A stretch of 64,000 nucleotides of DNA from Veleropilina oligotropha (Eukaryota): positions 186,001 through 250,000 of the forward strand of contig JBEUKZ010000018.1 of the NCBI GenBank assembly GCA_048128005.1. The letters run 5' to 3'. The translations under genes and the position numbers were made by a program. The notes below the pieces were generated by a model. The model was not told where the DNA came from and made no database searches. It saw nothing but the letters and a program-made list of their open reading frames with translations. Shown here piece after piece: positions 37,325 through 52,587 of this stretch. Each line of letters begins with the position of its first letter. The first letter of the stretch is position 1.

Positions 37325-37447
37325 CTTGAAGTTTTGTAACTTTTTATATAATTGATTTTTATTTGGTACATCGTCTCCATTGCACACATCATCTGTTTAT
37401 TGGATAGAGACGATAAGTAATAGACAATACACTGCGACCCAAGTATT

Positions 37448-38153
37448 ATTATCCCCTGCAACAACGAAGTTGTCGGGGGGGGATATAGAAACGCGTTCCG
37501 TCCATCCGTCCTTCCTTCCATCCATCCATCCGTCCATCCATCCATCCATCCGTCCATCCATGCAAATTATCTTTTCTACAGCATATCTCATAATCCGCTC
37601 GACGTAACTTGAATCACGAAACTTGGTGAATGGATTAAGTAGCAGCTGAACTGGTGACTTTTGCTAATTTTGACGTTGTGCGGCGATTATTCAGAGTTAT
37701 TGCCTTTGTTGTAAATCGTTAATGTTATCTTTTCCGTAGCATATCTCATAATCCGCTTGATATAGCTTCACGAAACTTGGTGAATGGATGAAGTAGCAGC
37801 TGAGATGGTGCCTTTTGCTAATTTTGACGTTATGCAGTGATTATTAACAGAGTTATTGCCCTTGTCTTAAATTCTTTATTATCTTTTCCGGAGCGTATCT
37901 CGTACACCGCTCGACATAACCTGCTGGGTATGTTAAGTAGTTGGTGAACTGGTGCCTTTTGCTAATTTTGATGTTGCTCTGCAATTATTCAGAGTTATTT
38001 TCCTTGTTGTAAATTCATTTCCGGTGCATATCTCGAAATTCGCTAGACATAATTTTTTTTGGTGTTAATCTCGCTATTATTTTTGGATATTCACTATTTC
38101 ATGATGGTAATCGTTGCGGGGGATATCGATGACTGTGTCTTCTTCAATCTTGT
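37448..38153 (+). mobile_element. HINE related to 735-1797
   Basis: TTATCCCCTGCAAC..GGGGGGATA, (TCCA)n microsatellite, same internal repeat, GTTGCGGGGGATA subterminal and CTTGT end. Confidence 0.75.
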
Positions 38154-41100
38154 ATACACATAGCAGGCTGAGCGAGAGCGAGGCTGTTATGTTTATAATG
38201 CCAAAGGGTTGCAGCTGTATTATCCGTTATACACACCATGGAAATCTATTGTAAATTGCAAGCTGTCACCCCTTAAAACACTCAATCGCCCAACATAATG
38301 CCCTCATGAGGTGTTATAAGAAATTGACTTTTCCATTGGCAAGTTGTCAAATCAATTGTCACTTATTTTAGTCTGGCCAGCGAGCCAAGTTAACCATTGT
38401 CTGGAAACAAATGGTCAATTAACACTAGAGTGCATATTGTTCACAACCAACCCCATGGTGTGTATATATGAGAGCCGCTGTACTGCAATGTATCTAAACA
38501 TTTATTATAGAATATGTGGTCGTAAAAAGAACTTATTGCCTTAAAATTTGAATTAATGGATTTTCCATATCGATCGACTTCCGTTCTTGAAGACATTTCA
38601 TTTGAAACATGATTGTCTAAACATTTTCTTTCTTGACCAAATTGCTTAAAGTACCGATCTCAAATAGATCATATATACGAGCTTGTGACATTATATTTAT
38701 TACTTTTTTAAGTACGATATCTCTATTTTAAGTCATTGATCCAACATGCCACATTGCCTATTATATATATACAGCCTGTACATGGAGTATTTTGAATCTT
38801 CGCCACATTCATATAAATTTATAAAAAAAGGTCAAATTTAAGGAATTCAATTTTTACATATCAACCCAATGAAAGATGTCCTTTTTGTTTTCCCCCTTCA
38901 CCTGTAGCTATTACCGTATAATATAACGTTGAAGAGAACTTAATTCCAAACAATATTTTTTTCTGCTTGACCTCAGCTGGTATTGAGTACATGAAAATAT
39001 CCATTTCAATCACTGGGGCGATTTTCTTTAATGGAACAGCTAATGTTGTTGGTATCTCATTACCAATCAGGGGTCCCCTGATGATATCACCAGACCCCAT
39101 TGAGTCAGCACTGCCACCCCTCTTATCAACAGACTCATTGAGTCAGTGCTGAGGCTAAGAGCTTGGTGTTCCTGACACTGCTTATTGCCAGGAATCGCTG
39201 TAGGTGGCATTGGACTTTTATTGCCACAAAATATTTGAAACTAGAAATAACTCCTAAGCACAATGGATATTTATCTACCTGCTGGAATTGAATTGAAAGT
39301 TTTCAGATGTAAGTAAAAAGACAATATTCATTATTGAAACAATGCTCTTTTCAAATGGTAGTTCATTGGACTAGTATTATTAATAAATATATTTTTGAAA
39401 TATTAAGCAAATTAATGACATTTCGATGTTCTGTACATGTGGTACTTAAATGCCCACGTTCTGTCAAACACTGATTGTTTTGGTGAAATAACTGTATTGT
39501 ATACAACACATTTGTATTGCATAATATGTTTTTACTTCTCCCCAATTTTACATAATCCTTATTTAACCGAATTTGCTTTTAAGCCTGTCACATAATGTCT
39601 TCGTATGCGGTTGTGTGTGAGAATTGTCAGCCCTTATTGGTTCAGGAAAGACTTTGTACATAAAGATGAAGACCGTTAATCTCAACCCTTTCAATTTCAT
39701 GCCAGTGTGCTTCGAGGCTAAGTGATTTACAAGACCATTCAACACTGTTGACACCAGCGTGCGGATTCTTTAATTACCTGCACAGTTGAATCTAACGCAT
39801 AAATAATTGGCAGTTATATTATCTACCTTTCATTTTTGTAAATGCAAAATTAAATAAATTTTAAAATTATTTCATGATTCGAATCAATGGTTAAAAGCCG
39901 AAAAGTACAAATGTACAAAATAATGCTGAACATTTTGACTTTGATGACAGAAATGGCTTCTCTATCACAACAGGAAATGTAGCCATGTTTCTTTGGTTGC
40001 CAACCTGTATCTTTGTAGGAAATCTGAATCTTTACTTGAGGCAAATAGAAAATGTGAATAATATTTTGTTGCTTCAATACCTAACAGTCATTGTTGGAAT
40101 TTCATTGACATTTTTTATTTGGCTTGATATCAAACAATTATTCTATTTTATATAAATTTACAATTCTTCTTTCTCGCGCATAACTTGGGATCGTGTCCGC
40201 TGTCAGATCTCTCGAAGTAACGTAAAGCCTCTGGTGTGAACTAACAGGAGTTTACAGTCTGTTACAGCCAGTCTGGCTGGTGAGTGAGCGGCTTATCCCG
40301 CTTGACATCACGTATCGAGATCTTATCAGTAATCTTCACCTGGAGTCTCCGTGCACACCTGGGTCTGAGAATTCGTCTCATTTGCATCACGAGCATTGAA
40401 TTAAGTTTCCGAAGTCAATATGTACCGGATTATTTATGTCCGTATTCTGCTAAGAAACTTGCAGCAATGCCAATGTTGACCATTCTATAAATGGTGAATT
40501 TCAGGTGAAACTGACCTCAAGGATCAAGGCATGCATGGAATCGCAATGTGAACGATAGCTCAACAAATAGGGACACAAATTGAACTGATGACAGATGCAA
40601 TCGTCTCGGGCATGCGAACTCATGCAGAAGCTGCTTTTATCATGCTGAAAAGTATGCTACGAGAGCACCTCATCAGTCAGTAACACAACACACGTTCTGT
40701 TAAATATTACCAAAATCTCACAACAGAATATTGAATGAACTTGCGACAGGTTCACTATGGACACTGCCGGTCAAGACTGAAATCTCTGATTTTGTCATTG
40801 ATAAACCTGTTGAAGGACTAATTTCAGATTGTCTAGTTTACTAGTGTGAATAGAATTAAAATATTGCACATATCATTAATATGTCAATAACATCTTCAAT
40901 TGTTGTACCTCAGACCAGCGTATTTCCTTTATTAGAGATTTTGAATTGCACTGGCATGATCCGTCTTGCCTTTATCAGATGCGTCTTGGTGTTTGTTAAT
41001 TCTTGGCAGCTTGGCGTCTAGACTTTTACTGTTATGCTTGCAATTTAAATCATTGTCTGCATGCAATGCCCTCCCTGATGGTTCGACATCTCTGATGAGG

Positions 41101-42157
41101 AGATTGGGCTCGATTAAAAGAGGCTCGGAGATTCCGCCACTATAACCCTCTTAATGAGAGCAGATCACTCCAGATTACTCAAGAGCCTTGAGTTTAGATG
41201 GCTCCCTCTGATATCAGACACAGAATGAAATCCCTGATTGGAATGTTAAGGAGAAATGAAGTGCAAATGCTTTTTCGTTTAATGGTATTATGCATCTTGG
41301 ATTCCCAGGAATAATGTGTTGCTTAAATGATGTGTATGTATTTTATTTTAAATATGGAAGTTTTTTTAATAGATTCATATTTTTTCTATTGATTGAGTAA
41401 AGAATAAACTGTTTAATAACATGTTTTCATAGTCGACCATCATTACTGGCAAGTTTAAACATATTGAATTACTGAATTTGACTAGGATTGACTACCTCAT
41501 TGCATTCTGGTTTTGTAATACCGTATGTTAATTTACCATTGAATTTAAATTATTACTTTTTTTCACAAATTTTCAACTATGGTTTAATTTATGTACTGCA
41601 TCAGAATTAATTAATCTTTCTATAAAATAAGCATTGCATTAATATTAAACCATTGTCGGTGTACTGACGGGGTATTTTAATTCATCGCATTCATGATTGT
41701 AACTCACTTTAAGGCTACTAATTTTGAATTTGACCAAAATGTGACAATCCCAGTTTGTGATTGGCTTAGAGCAGGCTCAACTATTTGTTCAATGTCTCTG
41801 CTATGCTCCGAGGAGTGATCCCCTCAAGACTGAAGGGTTCCAAAGGGCCAGACAAACACCCTCATTTGTCAGTTTTAATTGGTGTTAGAAGTTGAGAGCT
41901 CTGGGTTTGTTTTGCCTGCTGATAGCTTCTGCCCCAACTATGAGGGCCTCAGGGAGGGTTATGTGATTCAGGAATGTTGTTTATTTACCCTCTGAGTGTA
42001 AGAGGGGCTAGTGTCCACACTGAGGCACACTCAGAGGTAACCTGGCATAAAGCTGGCAGCAGACCTCCTACCACACACCAGGCGGAATGAAATGCTGTCA
42101 CCTTTACAGTGTTTACCACCTTGCATCCGCAGACCAATTTCTCCTGAAATAAATAAG

Positions 42158-42520
42158 TGTGAGGGGAGGGGGGGTACTCGTGCGACCCTAGGTCAATAAG
42201 TGTGACGGGGGTATTCATGCGACCCTAGGTCAATAAGTGTGAGGGGGATATTCATGCGACCCTAGGTCAATAAGTGTGAGAGGGGTGTTTATGCGACCCC
42301 TAGGTCAATAAGTGTGAGGGTGGTGTTTATGCGACCCTAGGTCAATAAGTGTGAGAGGGGTGTTTATGCGACCCTAGGTCAATAAGTTTGAGAGGGGTGT
42401 TTATGCGACCCTAGGTCAATAAGTGTGAGGGGGGTGTTTATGCGACCCTAGGTCAGTAAGTATGAGGGGGATATTCATGCAGCCCTAGGTCATTAAGTAT
42501 GAGGAGGGTATCATGCAACC
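42158..42520. repeat. ~38-bp minisatellite (ATGCGACCCTAGGTCAATAAGTGTGAGGGGG...)
   Basis: Directly visible, about 9 copies. Confidence 0.9.
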
Positions 42521-42759
42521 CTGTTAATAGGTGTGAAGGGGCCTGGGGGTATTCATGCGCCCGAAGTCAATTGATTTTTCCAGCACTGAAATGGCGTTGT
42601 ACATGCGATATCACTCTTTTTTCTTCAATTACAAAAGTGGGGCCCAATGTCAAGATTTCGTTACATTCCAATGTGATCTCTCGTTTTACTAATTACAAAA
42701 GTGGGGCTCATAGCAAAGATTTTATTTCATTCCAATCTTGCATTATAAATTATTTATAG

Positions 42760-44270
<1,511 letters not shown>

Positions 44271-44288
44271 ATTGTTTAATAATGAATG

Positions 44289-45343
44289 CACAAATACCCC
44301 GTCTTGAGCCATACAGGCACCGACAGGGGCGCTTTCTCTGAACTATTCAGCACAAATACCCCATCTTGAGCCATACAGGCACCGACAAGGGCACTTTCTC
44401 TGAACTATTCAGCACAAATACCCCATCTTGAGCCATACAGGCGCCAGCAAGGGTGCTTTCTCTGACCTATTCAGCACAAATACCCCGTCGTGAGCCATAC
44501 AGGCACCGACAGGGGTGCTTTCTCTGAACTATTCAACACAAATACCCCATCTTGAGCCATACAGGCACCGGCAAGGGTGCTTTCTCTGAACTATTCAGCA
44601 CAAATATCCCATCTTGAGCCATACAGGCACCTACAAGGGTGCTTTCTCTGAACTATTCAGCACAAATACCCCATCTTGAGCCATACAGGCGCCGGCAAGG
44701 GCGCTTTCTCTGAACTATTCAGCACAATTACCCCATCTTGAGCCATACAGGCACCGACAATGGCGCTTTCTCTGAACTATTCAGCACGAATACCCCATCT
44801 TGAGCCATACAGGTGCCGGCAAGGGTGCTTTCTCTGAACTAATCAGCACAAATACCCCGTCGTGAGCCATACAGGCACCGACAGGGACGCTTTCTCTGAA
44901 CTATTCCGCACAAATACCCCATCTTGAGCCATACAGGTGCCGGCAAGGGCGCTTTCTCTGAACTATTCAGCACAAATATTCCATCTTGAGCCATACAGGC
45001 ACCGACAAGGGCGCTTTCTCTGAACTATTCAACACAAACACCCCATCTTAAGCCATACAGGCGCCGGCAAGGGTGCTTTCTCTGAACTATTCAGCACAAA
45101 TACCCCGTCGTGAGCCATACAGGCACTGACAAGGGCGCTTTCTCTGAACTATTCAGCACAAATACCCCATCGTGAGCCATACAGGTGCAGACAAGGGCGC
45201 TTTCTCTGAACTATTCCGCACAAATACCCCATCTTGAGCCATACAGGCGCCGGCAATGGTGCTTTCTCTGAACTATTCCGCACAAATACCCCGTCGTGAG
45301 CCATACAGGCACCGACAAGGGCGCTTTCTCTGAACTATTCAAC
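44289..45343. repeat. 62-bp tandem repeat (~17 copies)
   Basis: Unit CACAAATACCCCATCTTGAGCCATACAGGCACCGACAAGGGCGCTTTCTCTGAACTATTCAG. Confidence 0.96.
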
Positions 45344-46060
45344 ATCATCTCATATACCAATCTTTTTTTATTGGGTGAGCACAAATATTGACAATAAGGA
45401 ATATAATATTGCTTTCGGTTTGCACTTTCTTGTCAGCATGGATATGTGCATTTTCGAGACCTAACATAATGGTGTTTTCATATTACCGTGAATTGGTCGC
45501 TTCATAAATATATATGATTCATCGCCGGATGCAGCAGGGCGTATTATTAAAGAAGTCGTCACTTGTCAAGAACACTAATGACTTCCGGAGTTGCATTTAA
45601 ATAGCCTAGAATATTGTTTTTGCCTAACTGCTAAATATTGGATGTTTTCGTACGTGGCATCGAGAATGAATGACAACTTGAAAAATCGTCTATTATGCCT
45701 GTGATTGTGGCCCAATGTCATTATTATTTTAGAGATATTGTAGGCTTGTTTAGTCAGTAATATATCAAATGTTTTCTAATTTAGCAATTGATTATGAAAA
45801 TGTTGTCATTATGAAGCTATGATCACTTATTATTTTAGAAAATGGAATCAATATTGATCCTAGCTGATGTTCTGCCAATGCTGAAAGTTCAGTAGACATA
45901 AAATATATTAGGAAATGCCAAGAATTCGTTTATAACAAGAATATTTATGTTGTCTTTATTACACTGGTATGGTAATATTGTGTGACATTATATATAGGCC
46001 ATCTCGATGCATTAGTAAAAATTATTGAGGTTCAGTACTATTCACCGTTGTCTATTTCAG

Positions 46061-47062
46061 TGCCAGAGGTGGCCAAAATTCAAGATGCCTTCGTCATTGC
46101 GGTGGAGGAGCAAGCGAGGTTGCGGCTCGAGAAGCTGGCCGCGATTCACGCCATCAATCCTGTCGATATGACCAAGTTTTCCTCACTGGCCGACACGGAA
46201 TACTGCAGCGAACCCAACGAAGAAGAACTCTGCGAGAACCCTATTTATACTACCGCCAACGACCTTGAAAACGTAGATCACGAAAATATTGACCTTGAAG
46301 AACAAACTACAGAGATAAATGGTCACAGCGATTACATTGACACAAACGATTCAGGAGAGACTACTATGAACGGTATCATTGAAAAGGAAACCCCTAGAAA
46401 GGGGAAAGGGGGAAGTCAAAAACGTCATGAGAAGCGGTCCAGCAACACGGAGACGCCATTGATTGAGGCCATCATGTCGCAGTCCATGTACACTCAGAAC
46501 GGACACACGGACAGCCAGAATTCGCTCAACAAATCAAAAGACAGTCTGACGTACAGCGACAATGCCACGTATGGGGTAGAATTCGTGGACTACAACGGAG
46601 ACGGGCGCGAGATGGCCATCGACTGCCCGGACAACTTCATAGCGACGGTCAAAGCCCCGCCACGATACCCATCCCAGCACAACGGGAACCACACCCCCAC
46701 GAAGGCCCCGTCTACTCCGAAGGATAACGGTAGCCGTCATGGGAGCTCGAAAAGCAAAAGCGAAATACCGTCAAAACCGTCGCGAGAAGATCTCGAAAGA
46801 TTGCAGAAGCATCAGGAAGACCTGCATAAACGCCGGGAAGAGCAGATGAAGGTCGCTCAAGAGAACGAGTTTCTCAGAACATCTTTGCGAGGGTCTAAGA
46901 AACTCCAAGCATTGGAGAAGCAGAGGCCGCAGTTTGGCGTAATTAACACGGCATTCGACGAGAACGAGGCGTTGTTTACGCCGAAAGATAATGTCGAAGG
47001 CGTATCGTCGGTGTCGCCATCCAGCAGCGAAGGCAAGGAGAAGTACATGAAGAAAAACATCG
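46061..47062 (+). CDS. PALS1: Host 1002-bp exon of PALS1/MPP5/stardust-like MAGUK (N-terminal region)
   Basis: Acceptor TCTATTTCAG, donor G|GTAAGT; REMAIDCPDNF matches the conserved Par6-binding ECR1 motif (REMAVDCP) of Stardust/PALS1; also EFLRTSLRGSKKLQALE and a coiled coil. Confidence 0.9.
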
Positions 47063-48983
47063 GTAAGTAGAATCGCATTTATTATTTGGTGACATATATT
47101 ATGACATTGGTAAGTAGACTGGTTAATCATTTGACAACAGAAGGTAGGTATTTTTGAAAGAAGTTCTTGTAGTATCATTTGTAATTTGATAATTCCAAAT
47201 TATATTTTATTTCTCATTTCTCATTTATGATTATGAGACCACAGGATCCTGGTGCAAAGCATTCAGAATGTTTTGAAACTTTACATAATTGCTTAGGGTT
47301 AAATCTTACCGTAGTTGTCTGCCCAGGTAAATTACATTTACTTAAATTTTGCTTTTTCAGATTTCAGCCTTATTCTTTGTAGCATATGTATACATATGAT
47401 TATATATTTTATATGAAAGTGCTTAATCAGAATATTAACTAAGTAACCCATGGGATGATCTCGTTTATTTGGTAGATAAGTTTTTCGGGCAAGTTGGAGT
47501 GATGTACATGTAACGAGTTTACCGGCGGCATGACCGGCAGGAGAGTATCTTATTCTGTCTTCGTCAGTTAATGTTCTCTTACCGGTGTTTTCTTTCAATG
47601 CACTAAATTCTTTACTTGGTACTTAATGCGCTAGACAAAATTGCGACAAAATGCTTATTTTTATCCATCTATGATAAGGATGACTTCACACAACAAACAA
47701 CATTAATCTGATACTGTCGAGTGGCCTGGCGAGTTTTCTGCAGAATGGATTACTTGCAAATGCATCTCGAAGCTCGCAGAATTACGGCAAAGACGATGCA
47801 ATCTATGAGATCGAGCAATCTGCATCTTGGGCGTTAAATCTGAAAGCAGATAAACCGTTGATAGCTGCAACGATTCTTGTGGAGGCATGAACGGTTCGTT
47901 TATGTAAAACGGCGTCTGTCTCTGAAGGCTGAACATTAGGGATGACTTTGCCAAGCTGCAGGGAGATGATTTCTGCAATTTAAAAAACTAATGCACATGT
48001 GACAAATTATTATATATAGAAGTTATCATCACGAAACCGTGATCTTTCACACAATAGGCAAACAGGGAGATTACGTAGAAGCGTTTGTGGGATGAGTCGG
48101 CTGTGACAAGATAAATGCTGAATACATGAGAACTCGGGGCAGCATGGCATAACCTGCCCGCACCAACGCATCGCTCCGAGTGTGTGCCAAGGTGAATAGT
48201 TCAACTGATTTTCTTGCATCATGCAAATAATGGCAGCAAACATTTACAATTTGCAGAGGGATTACGGAGTTAGCAAGTTCAAGTTTTGATGTCTGGCCTG
48301 TCGTAAAATCGTCAATCAAATTATTCGTGCGCTTTGGATCTCTGAGTGTGATTTTTGTGCAGTCTGATTCTAGTAAGGCGGTGTACTCTTGTCAATGGAG
48401 GTCAAAAGAGGAGTGCATCTTACGTATATTAAAGAGACTATTGCTCGTAAATGCGCTCTTTCTTTTAAAAAAAAAAATTATAACCGCATTACACTTTTTG
48501 TTTATAGCATAAAAAGTCAGGAATTTTCAACACTCAACTTTCGTCAGTAACTTGCTACCGTTTGAATTAATCGCTACTGAATATTTAAAAATAATAAAAC
48601 ACGGTCTGCATTTAATTACCTCGCGCAGAGTTCATTATTGACCTAGTTGGAGCACAGTTGCGTAGGTTTCTGCTCGTCAAGTAAGATAGCTTTCTACTTG
48701 ACAATAACATATATTCCCCAGTTACAATAATAATTTCAATAAAATTATATCATTTGACCATATATCGATGACAATTCTTCGCGAAATTTGTATCAATCTG
48801 CGCGAACCGTGCAATAGAGGGTGATCAGTCATGCTACACAGTCACGAAAAGAGCGCAATTACGGGAAATATTCTCTTTAAACTTATAGAATAAACCCATT
48901 TTTGACAATATGCATGACGTAAAGCAATTACGATAAGAAAGGGACATTCTGTTTATTTTTTGCAAATTTTCTGAATTAAGTGC

Positions 48984-49866
48984 AGACTGATCATGCAGCG
49001 ATATGCTGGCGGCACTGAGGAATGGTACCAACAGACTGATCATGCAGCGATATGCTGGCGGCACTGAGGAATGGTACCAACAGACTGATATGCAGCGATA
49101 TGCTGGCGGCACTGAGGAATGGTACCAACAGACTGATATGCAGCGATATGCTGGCGGCACTGAGGAATGGTACCAACAGACTGATCATGCAGCGATATGC
49201 TGGCGGCACTGAGGAATGGTACCAGCAGACTGATCATGCAGCGATATGCTGGCGGCACTTTGAGGAGTGGTACCAGCAGACTGATCATGCAGCGATATGC
49301 TGGCGGCACTGAGGAATGGTACCAACAGACTGATATGCAGCGATATGCTGGCGGCACTGAGGAATGGTACCAGCAGACTGATCATGCAGCGATATGCTGG
49401 CGGCACTGAGGAATGGTACCAACAGACTGATATGCAGCGATATGCTGGCGGCACTGAGGAATGGTACCAACAGACTGATATGCAGCGATATGCTGGCGGC
49501 ACTGAGGAATGGTACCAACAGACTGATATGCAGCGATATGCTGGCGGCGGCGGCGCTTTGAGGAGTGGTACCAGCAGACTGATCATGCAGCGATATGCTG
49601 GCGGCACTGAGGAATGGTACCAACAGACTGATATGCAGCGATATGCTGGCGGCACTGAGGAATGGTACCAACAGACTGATCATGCAGCGATATGCTGGCG
49701 GCACTGAGGAATGGTACCAACAGACTGATATGCAGCGATATGCTGGCGGCACTGAGGAATGGTACCAACAGACTGATATGCAGCGATATGCTGGCGGCAC
49801 TGAGGAATGGTACCAACAGACTGATATGCATCGATATGCTGGCGGCACTTTGAGGAATGGTACCAT
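48984..49866. repeat. 48/49-bp tandem repeat (~18 copies)
   Basis: Unit CAGACTGAT(C)ATGCAGCGATATGCTGGCGGCACTGAGGAATGGTACCAA. Confidence 0.96.
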
Positions 49867-49988
49867 TGGCATATCAGCCTTTCACGTTGACCATTTTGCT
49901 GATGTGTCACATGTGGACATTTCACGGAATAACAAGACCAAAATCTTCCGCAATGCAGATGCCTTAATTCATTAATAGTGGAAACTGG

Positions 49989-51144
49989 TTTTTATGCCCC
50001 CTAAACGAAGTTTGGGGGTATATAGTGTTGCACACGTCCGTCCAAACTTCGTTTCCGGCCAATAACTTTAAAATGCCTTCATGGATTTCAATTAAATTTG
50101 GTACGCAAGTGGATGATCTAAATGAAGTTCGATTTCCGTAAAATTCCGATGTCACATAAGGGAGTTATAATGCCCCTTAATTCATATGGAAACATTTTTT
50201 CTTTTCCGGGCAGTAACTTGAGAATGCCTTCATGGGTTTAAATTAAATTTGGTATTCACGTGTATGATCATAATAGCTAAGAGGAGTTCGATTTCGGTAA
50301 AATTCTGCCTTCACATAACAGAGTTATGTCCCTTGATCCACTTACAATTTTTTTCCATTTTTGGGCGATGCCTTGAGAACTCCTTCATGGATTTCAATTA
50401 AATTGGTATGCAAGTGGATGATCATAATAGCTAGGTGGAATTCGATTTCGGTAAAATTCCAATGTCACATAAATGCCCCTTGATTCACTTGGAAACATTT
50501 TTTCATTTCCTGGCGGTAACTTGAGAATGCCTTCATGGATTTAAATTAAATTTGGTATTCACGTGTATGATCATAATAGCTAAGTGGACTTCGATTTCGG
50601 TAAAATTCCGCTTTCACATAAGGGAGTTATGTCCCTTCATCAAATTGCAAATTTTTCTTCCATTTCCGGGTGATATATAACTTGAGAATGGCTTCATGGA
50701 TATAAATTAAATTTGGTATACAAGTGTAATATCATTGGAAAGAAATTTTATGCCCGGTCCCCTGCAAAACAAATTATGGAGAGCATTTATTGTTACACAT
50801 GTTTGTCCCTCGAATGCTTTAGATTCTGCGCTATATTCAGGCATTCATGGATTCAAATTAAATTAATTTGATATACACATGTATATCAGAATATCTAAGA
50901 GGAGTTTCATTTATATAAATTCCCAACTTCATTTAAGAGACATAGTGTATAAATTAATTTAATTTTGTTTTCAATTCTGGACGATAAGTTCGGAATATAT
51001 TCATGGAATGAAACTATCTTTGGAATATAGGTGTATACTTATTCATACATTGTTAAATGCGTAAATTCAATGTTAAGAAACTTATGGCTGTTCACTTCGA
51101 ATTTCTTTCAATCCTGGGCATTCGTGTCACGGACATATCTAGTT
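49989..51144 (+). mobile_element. HINE with ~150-bp internal tandem repeats
   Basis: TTTTTATGCCCC..GGGGGTATA hairpin, GTCCGTCC, repeated GAATGCCTTCATGGATTT..AAATTTGGTA units, GGGCAT..hairpin..CTAGTT end. Confidence 0.72.
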
Positions 51145-51454
51145 AAGATGTAATGTGCCATATTACGATTTACTCAGAGATTGAAAAATGCAGTTTCAAT
51201 TGAATACAAAATGGCACATAGCATGATGCACTACACGACCCTCTGAATAAATCTATCATTTGCATAACATATGCAAGACTAAATTGTCAAAACTGTATTT
51301 CTCAAAAATTATGTTCTGAATTATTTACGCACCTGAGAATTCCTATGTATTGTCACCTCATATATATTTACTTTTATTCATGTTTTTACATTAATTGTAT
51401 GCACTGTGTCGTTCTAACATTCATTTCTACTTTACCTCTGTCCTTTGTAGGTGT

Positions 51455-52200
51455 GTTTCTCTTGACCTCAGCAGCAGGGGGGGTGACCATACCTTTTATG
51501 TGGGGGCGCGGCGAGGGAAATTAAGGCTCCCAGCACCTTTTCAGAATTAATATGGATCTCAACTCAGCAGCAGGGGGGGTCAGTAGACTTTTTAGAATGG
51601 GAAAATACAGCGCCCAGCACCATTTCAGAACTGAGCTGGTATTACTGTGGAGGGCTAGGGAGTTAGACTAGGGGCGCGGCGAGGGAAATTAAGGCTCCCA
51701 GCACCATTTCCAGCCCCCAGGGTAGGGATTGTATTACAAAAAGTTACCGTGTGTACAAACTAGGGTAGCTTAGAATAGTAAATTAAATTAAAACACTTAC
51801 CTGTGGACATTTCGGCCGAAACTCATATCACTAATCCCCTCCAGCCTTCTACAGCCTTCTAGATCAGTTTATTGCCACATTCCCATATATAACTTGTTGA
51901 CGATTTCTGAACTTTCTAGGCTTTCCACGTACACATTCCCATATATAACTTAGTGTCTATTCTAGAATCATCGAGTCTATTCTAGATCATTCTAGAAGGC
52001 TGTATTGCCACGTGACGAATGACTCGACCAAAATACGGTAACTACATAAACACGGTTACAAGAAAATTTTATCTGTGCTAAACAGAAGCACGGTTACAAG
52101 AAAAAGAAATCTGGGTCAATCTTTTTTCACTGAGCCAGAAAATTTTTATATCTGGGCCAGTAGGTTTTTTTTTCTTTTTCGCCAACCGCTAAATACCTAT
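51455..52200. repeat. Probable left terminal inverted repeat region of the virus, with internal direct repeats
   Basis: CTCAGCAGCAGGGGGGGT x2 (51467, 51563); 35-bp repeat x2 (51503, 51671); CACATTCCCATATATAACTT x2 (51876, 51932); CACGGTTACAAGAAAA x2 (52051, 52089); partner TIR is outside the window so not verifiable. Confidence 0.6.
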
Positions 52201-52587
52201 ACGACAGCTTGCGACTTCTTTGCTAATGCGTTAGACAAAATCTAGGTCAGCCAGCCTGATAGCAGGGAGAGAACAATGGAACCGTAGGCGCGACCATATA
52301 CTTGTAAAGACATGGCTTGATAGGCCAAGCGTTTATATTTACCCACTGAGAAATCCACTAGGGTCTATTGTTTCATGATTTTAAGTAATTGAGGCTGTAC
52401 TGGATAGTCAACAATGGACAGCCGGCAGGCTGTATTAATACTACACGTGACCAGGTTCGACTAGTAACTTATTGATGCGAGGTATTTCATTCATAAATCG
52501 GACAGAGGTCGCTCTCGTCGACCTGGAAAATATTTATATAAACAGCTGTGACATATTGTAAGGCAAGAGATTTCCTAATCAGCTGGT

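Noticed and set aside
40200..40780. Possible LTR/gag remnant
   Set aside because: Only a vague coding-like texture; no paired LTRs or clear motifs
44289..45343. CRISPR-like appearance of regular repeats (also 48984-49866)
   Set aside because: Units are head-to-tail with no unique spacers, no cas genes, eukaryotic context
45982..46060. 5' extension of the 362-aa ORF
   Set aside because: Non-ATG start, AT-rich, upstream of a clear acceptor at 46060; intronic
48834..49975. Many overlapping ORFs
   Set aside because: Translations of the 48/49-bp repeat
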